DNA of 64,000 nt from Macrostomum lignano (taxonomy: Eukaryota): NCBI GenBank assembly GCA_002269645.1, contig NIVC01003823.1:90704-154703 (forward strand). The letters run 5' to 3'. This document shows, in pieces, positions 58,301 through 64,000 of this stretch. The notes beneath the pieces are model-generated. The model ran no database searches. It worked only from the letters and a program-made list of their open reading frames with translations, and was not told the DNA's origin. Within the stretch, counting starts at the first letter, position 1. Each line of letters begins with the position of its first letter. Both the position numbers and the translations under genes were made by a program.

Positions 58301-61300
58301 TTCTATGATTGTTTACATGACGCTTCTATGATTTTTTAAATGACGCTTCTATGATTTTTATATGACGCTTCTATGATTTTTACATGACGCTTTATGATGT
58401 TTTAGATGACGCTTCTATGATTTTTTACATGACGCTTCTATGATTTTTACATGACGCTTCTATGATTGTTTACACGATGCTTCTATGATTTTTTACATGA
58501 CGCTTCTATGATTTTTTACATGACGCTTCTATGATTTTTACATGACGCTTCTATGATTTTTACATGACGCTTCTATGATTGTTTACATGACGCTTCTATG
58601 ATTGTTTATATGACGCTTCTATGATTTTTTACATGACGCTTCTATGATTTTTTACATGACGCTTCTATGATTGTTTACACGATGCTTCTATGATTTTTTA
58701 CATGACGCTTCTATGATTTTTTACATGACGCTTCTTGATTTTTACATGACGCTTCTATGATTATTTCATGACGCTTCTACGATTTCTGCAGGACGCTTTA
58801 ATGATTTTTACATGACACCTCTATGATTTTTACATGACGCTTCTATGATTGTTTACATGACGCTTCTATGATTGTTTACATGACGCTTCTATGCTTTTTA
58901 CATGACGCTTCTATGATTTTTTACATGACGCTACTATGATTTTTACATTACGCTTCTATGATTGTTTACATGACGCTTCCATGATTGTTTACATGACGCT
59001 TCTATGATTTTTTACATGACGCTTCTATGATTTTTTACATGACGCTTCTATGATTGTTTACATGACGCTTCTATGATTGTTTACATGACGCTTCTATGAT
59101 TTTTTAAATGACGTTTTTTTATTTTTATATGACGCCTCTATGATTTTTAATGACGCTTCTTTGATTTTTATATTACGCTCTTACGATTTTTTACATGACG
59201 CTTCTATGATTGTTTACACGATGCTTCTATGATTTTTTACATGACGCTTCTATGATTTTTTACATGACGCTTCTATGATTTTTACATGACGCTTCTATGA
59301 TTTTTACATGACGCTTCTATGATTGTTTACATGACGCTTCTATGATTGTTTATATGACGCTTCTATGATTTTTTACATGACGCTTCTATGATTTTTTACA
59401 TGACGCTTCTATGATTGTTTACACGATGCTTCTATGATTTTTACATGACGCTTCTATGATTTTTACATGACGCTTCTTGATTTTTTACATGACGCTTCTA
59501 TGATTTTTCATGACGCTTCTATGATTTTGCATGACGCTTCTAATGATTTTTACATGACGCTTCTATGATTTTTACATGACGCTTCTATGATTGTTTACAT
59601 GACGCTTCTATGATTGTTTACATGACGCTTCTATGCTTTTTACATGACGCTTCTATGATTTTTACATGACGCTTCTATGATTGTTTACATGACGCTTCTA
59701 TGATTGTTTATATGACGCTTCTATGATTTTTACATGACGCTTCTATGATTTTTTACATGACGCTTCTATGATTGTTTACATGACGCTTCTATGATTGTTT
59801 ACATGACGCTTCTATGATTTTTACATGACGCTTCTATGATTGTTTACATGACGCTTCTATGATTGTTTACATGACGCTTCTATGATTGTTTACATGACGC
59901 TTCTATGATTTTTAAATGACGTTTTTTGATTTTTATATGACGCTCTATGATTTTTAATGACGCTTCTATGATTTTTATATGACGCTTCTTATGATTTTTA
60001 CATGACGCTTCTATGATTGTTTACACGATGCTTCTATGATTTTTACATGACTCTTCTATGATTTTTACATGACGCTTTAATGATTTTTTCATGACGCTTC
60101 TACGATTTTTACATGACGCTTCTATGATTTTTACATGACGCTTCTATGATTGTTTACATGACGCTTCTATGATTGTTTACATGACGCTTCTATGATTTTT
60201 TACATGACGCTTCTATGATTTTTTACATGACGCTTCTACGATTTTTTACATGACACTTCTACGATTTTTTACATGACGCTTCTATGATTTCTTACATGAC
60301 GCTTCCATGATTGTTTACATGACGCTTCTATGATTGTTTACATGACGCTTCTATGATTGTTTACATGACGCTTCTATGATTTTTAATGACGCTTCTATGA
60401 TTTTTATATGACGCTTCTACGATTTTTTACATGACTCTTTTATGATTTTTTACATGACGCTTCTCTGATTGTTTACATGACGCTTCTATGATTGTTTACA
60501 CGACGCTTCTATTATTTTTTACATGACGCTTCTATGCTTTTTACATGATGCTTCTACGATTTTTTACATGACGCTTCTATGATTTCTTACATGACGCTTC
60601 TATGATTGTTTACATGACGCTTCCATGATTGTTTACATGACGCTTCTATGATTGTTTACATGACGCTTCTATGATTTTTAATGACGCTTCTATGATTTTT
60701 AAATGACGCTTCTATGATTTTTATATGACGCTTCTACGATTTTTTACATGACTCTTTATGATTTTTTACATGACGCTTTCTGATTGTTTACATGACGCTT
60801 CTATGATTGTTTACACGACGCTTCTATGATTTTTACATGACGCTTCTATGATTTTTACATTACGCTTCTATGATTGTTTACATGACGCTTCTATGATTGT
60901 TTACATGACGCTTCTATGATTGTTTACATGACGCTTCTATGATTGTTTACATGACGCTTCTATGATTGTTTACATGACGCTTCTATGATTTTTAATGACG
61001 CTTCTATGATTTTTATATGACGCTTCTATGATTTTTACATGACGCTTTATGATTTTTAGATGACGCTTCTATGATTTTTACATGACGCTTCTATGATTTT
61101 TACATGACGCTTCTATGATTGTTTACACGATGCTTCTATGATTTTTTACATGACGCTTCTATGATTTTTTACATGACGCTTCTATGATTTTTACATGACG
61201 CTTCTATGATTTTTACATGACGCTTCTATGATTGTTTACATGACGCTTCTATGATTGTTTATATGACGCTTCTATGATTTTTTACATGACGCTTCTATGA

Positions 61301-62810
61301 TTTTTTACATGACGCTTCTATGATTGTTTACACGATGCTTCTATGATTTTTACATGACGCTTCTATGATTTTTTACATGACGCTTCTTGATTTTTTACAT
61401 GACGCTTCTATGATTATTTCATGACGCTTCTATGATTTTGCATGACGCTTCTAATGATTTTTACATGACGCTCTATGATTTTTACATGACGCTTCTATGA
61501 TTTTTACATGACGCTTCTATGATTGTTTACATGACGCTTCTATGATTGTTTACATGACGCTTCTATGATTTTTACATGACGCTTCTATGATTTTTACATG
61601 ACGCTTCTATGATTGTTTACATGACGCTTCTATGATTGTTTACATGACGCTTCTATGATTTTTTACATGACGCTTCTATGATTTTTTACATGACGCTTCT
61701 ATGATTTTTACATGACGCTTCTATGATTGTTTACATGACGCTTCTATGATTTTTACATGACGCTTCTATGATTTTTATATGATGCCTCTATGATTTTTTA
61801 AATGACGCTTCTATGATTTTTATATGACGCTTTACGATTTTTTACATGACGCTTCTACGATTTTTTACATGACGCTTCTATGATTTTTACATGACTCTTC
61901 TATGATTTTTACATGACGCTTCTATGATTTTTACATGACGCTTCTATGATTTTTTACATGACGCTTCTATGATTTTTACATGACGCTTCTATGATTGTTT
62001 ACATGACGATTTTTTACATGACGCTTCTATGACGATTTTTTACATGACGCTTCTATGATTTTTTTTACATGACGCTTTTTATGATTTTTTTAGTTTTTTT
62101 GGCGTTAAAAAGCTTTAATTAAAAAAACTCTACTCTCTAAAAATTCGAACCATCGTTTCTGCATTTAGCAGTTCAGTCTGTTTACCTCTAGGCTAGCTCT
62201 CATCGTTTTGATAACATGAATTCAGCACTTATAATTATAAGTTTCAAAACTCCAAGCATAGAGTAAATCACACGAGGCAGTTATTACATAATCAATTTCT
62301 CAGTCAGTCAGTATCAGTTAACAATATTGTTGCGCAATCTAAATCAAGTCTGCAGTGCTACGCTTCCACACTGCATTTTCAATACTGTGACGCAATTCAA
62401 GTCGGAGTTACAATTCAGTTATGATGTAATCTATTTCAGAATCAGAATTCAACCAGTCAGTTTTTTCTCTAGCATTCTTACAATGCATTTCAAGTCGAAA
62501 AGTTTGCTTGACCTTTGCAAAAAAGCATGTTTTTCGAATATTTAATTGCTTTAACATGGAGCAATTTCTTAGCCAAGATGCATGTACCGTCCCAGGAAAA
62601 TTTCTGATCGAACAGTGCAAGTTCGAAGAAAATCGGTCCAGCCATTTTTTCTCTAATCGATTGCGTACAAACAAACAACTCATTTTAGTATATAGGATTT
62701 AGGAGTATACAATATAATGTATAATCGATAGCTATGTTAATATTTAACACTTACCAATAGTGGCAGGCTGATCATTGTCAAATGTATTGTCCACAAATCT
62801 TAGGAGCAGG
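52386..62810 (-). CDS. RAB18: Rab18 GTPase, 5'-partial. Exons 62810-62755, 53361-53300, 53206-53015, 52616-52386; first coding exon beyond the window end
   Basis: [19 protein letters not shown]|VDFKVK..KLAIW|[54 protein letters not shown] (CXC prenylation). Confidence 0.93.
52680..52950. repeat. 33-bp minisatellite (AGTGTCATGTCTAGCTGGGGATCATGTCATCCC)
   Basis: Direct periodicity. Confidence 0.93.
53387..62697 (-). mobile_element. 9.3-kb Helitron-like non-autonomous element with a central tandem repeat
   Basis: 5' A|TCCTATATACTAAAA..TTGTTTGTTTGTACGC head; 3' GCTCCCCAACGGGGGGC hairpin + CTAG|T; shares blocks with the 8465 family. Confidence 0.65.
54480..62090. repeat. ~7.6-kb 21-22-bp minisatellite (ATGACGCTTCTATGATTGTTTAC / ..TTTTTTAC)
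   Basis: Direct periodicity; roughly 340-350 units with higher-order structure. Confidence 0.97.
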
Positions 62811-63119
62811 CTAAAAATTTAAACATGATTTGTACATGAATAAGACATGAATATTTTATATGCATGTATACATGGCCTAAACCCATGGATGTCAAAACAA
62901 TCTATGGTATCTAAATCTGTTTTCTGTTTCAACTTTATGCAAAAAATTAATGTCTAAATCTCCATCTTCAACTCTGCATATTAGATAGATCTACTGTGTG
63001 GCTTGTGGGCTTATGACTAGATAACTAGTCAAAGTTTCATGTACTTTATGCTTGTACTATATACCATAGTCTAGATCATGTTGGGTGCATGTCTGAAAAA
63101 TTGAACAATTATGAATGCA

Positions 63120-63285
63120 TATGTAACAGGGTTGACTTCAATCCCACCACTGCCACTAAGTTGTAACAGGGTTGACTTCAATCCCACCACTGCCACCAAG
63201 TTGTAACAGGGTTGACTTCAATCCCACCACTGCCACCAAGTTGTAACAGGGTTGACTTTAATCTTACCACTGAGCCACCAAGTTG
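63120..63285. repeat. 40-bp tandem repeat x~4 (GTTGTAACAGGGTTGACTTCAATCCCACCACTGCCACCAA)
   Basis: Direct periodicity. Confidence 0.9.
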
Positions 63286-64000
63286 TATCAGGGGTTTCTT
63301 CCTACTTTCTATTGATCTTAGTATGATTCTGGTAGTGCTCTTAATATACTTTTAGTAGTGTCTTCAGCATAAGTCTAGCCAGTGTCTCTGTATAAGTCTA
63401 GTAGCATCTATGTACTTTTGGCCTAAGCAGTCTTATTGGTATATAAACTATATTTTAGTCTAAGCATTACTGAGATTAGAGTCATAATGTTTGACTCTTC
63501 AAACATTAAGAGTCAAACACTCATCTACTTACTCATCATGTTTGACTCATCTACTTAATTGTTGTTAAGTGAGCAACCCTACCCAATTTCATAATGTTTG
63601 CTCTTAGCACTCACTTTGTATGTATTCCCAATTCCCTTAGTGAGTTTTTCAAAACACTTCTTAGGATCTCTTATCAATTCCTATTCATTCCTATTCATTC
63701 CTAGAATCTAGGAATGAATTTAATTGAACAAGTTCAATATTTAAGCTTAAGCTTTATGTATAAATAGGTTGCTTTTTCTCCCCTAACTTGGCTCCATGTA
63801 TAGTAAAATTTTGGATATAGTTAAAACAAAAATAGAATATTTAAAATATTTTATGTAGTAAACAAATATTAATGTTTTTGCATAAGTCTTAAAGCTAATA
63901 TTTCTAAGAAATAAAGTACCACTTCTATAGGTCCCTAGACATTTTGGTGACAGCCTTTTTTGGTGACAATTTTGGATGTTTGGGTGACAAATTTAGACAA

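Overview
Eukaryotic (animal) genomic DNA that is very rich in repeats. The GC-rich exons, (AGAC)n tracts, intronic minisatellites and CCCTAA motifs resemble a flatworm such as Macrostomum; this is an unverified impression. Five spliced protein-coding genes can be reconstructed by hand: (1) a ~15-finger C2H2 zinc-finger gene (- strand, 6 exons, runs off the window start); (2) a Na+/Ca2+ exchanger NCX/SLC8 (+, 7 exons, two single-base frameshifts); (3) TMEM231 (+, 5 exons); (4) a six-repeat beta-thymosin/WH2 gene (+) whose second exon is interrupted by a LINE fragment; (5) RAB18 (-, first exon outside the window). Mobile DNA includes an apparently intact hAT transposon with TIRs and an 8-bp TSD, a Merlin deletion derivative, several MITEs, Helitron-like non-autonomous elements, two tRNA-derived SINE families, a solo LTR and two LINE fragments. 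Most notable observations: (a) four tandem, covarying box H/ACA snoRNA-like genes in one zinc-finger intron; (b) a LINE insertion in a coding exon whose target-site duplication supplies an in-frame rescue splice acceptor; (c) a 9.3-kb Helitron-like element carrying a 7.6-kb minisatellite that makes up about 99% of a RAB18 intron. Coordinates were counted by hand and repeat boundaries are approximate. Homopolymer indels suggest some long-read error.
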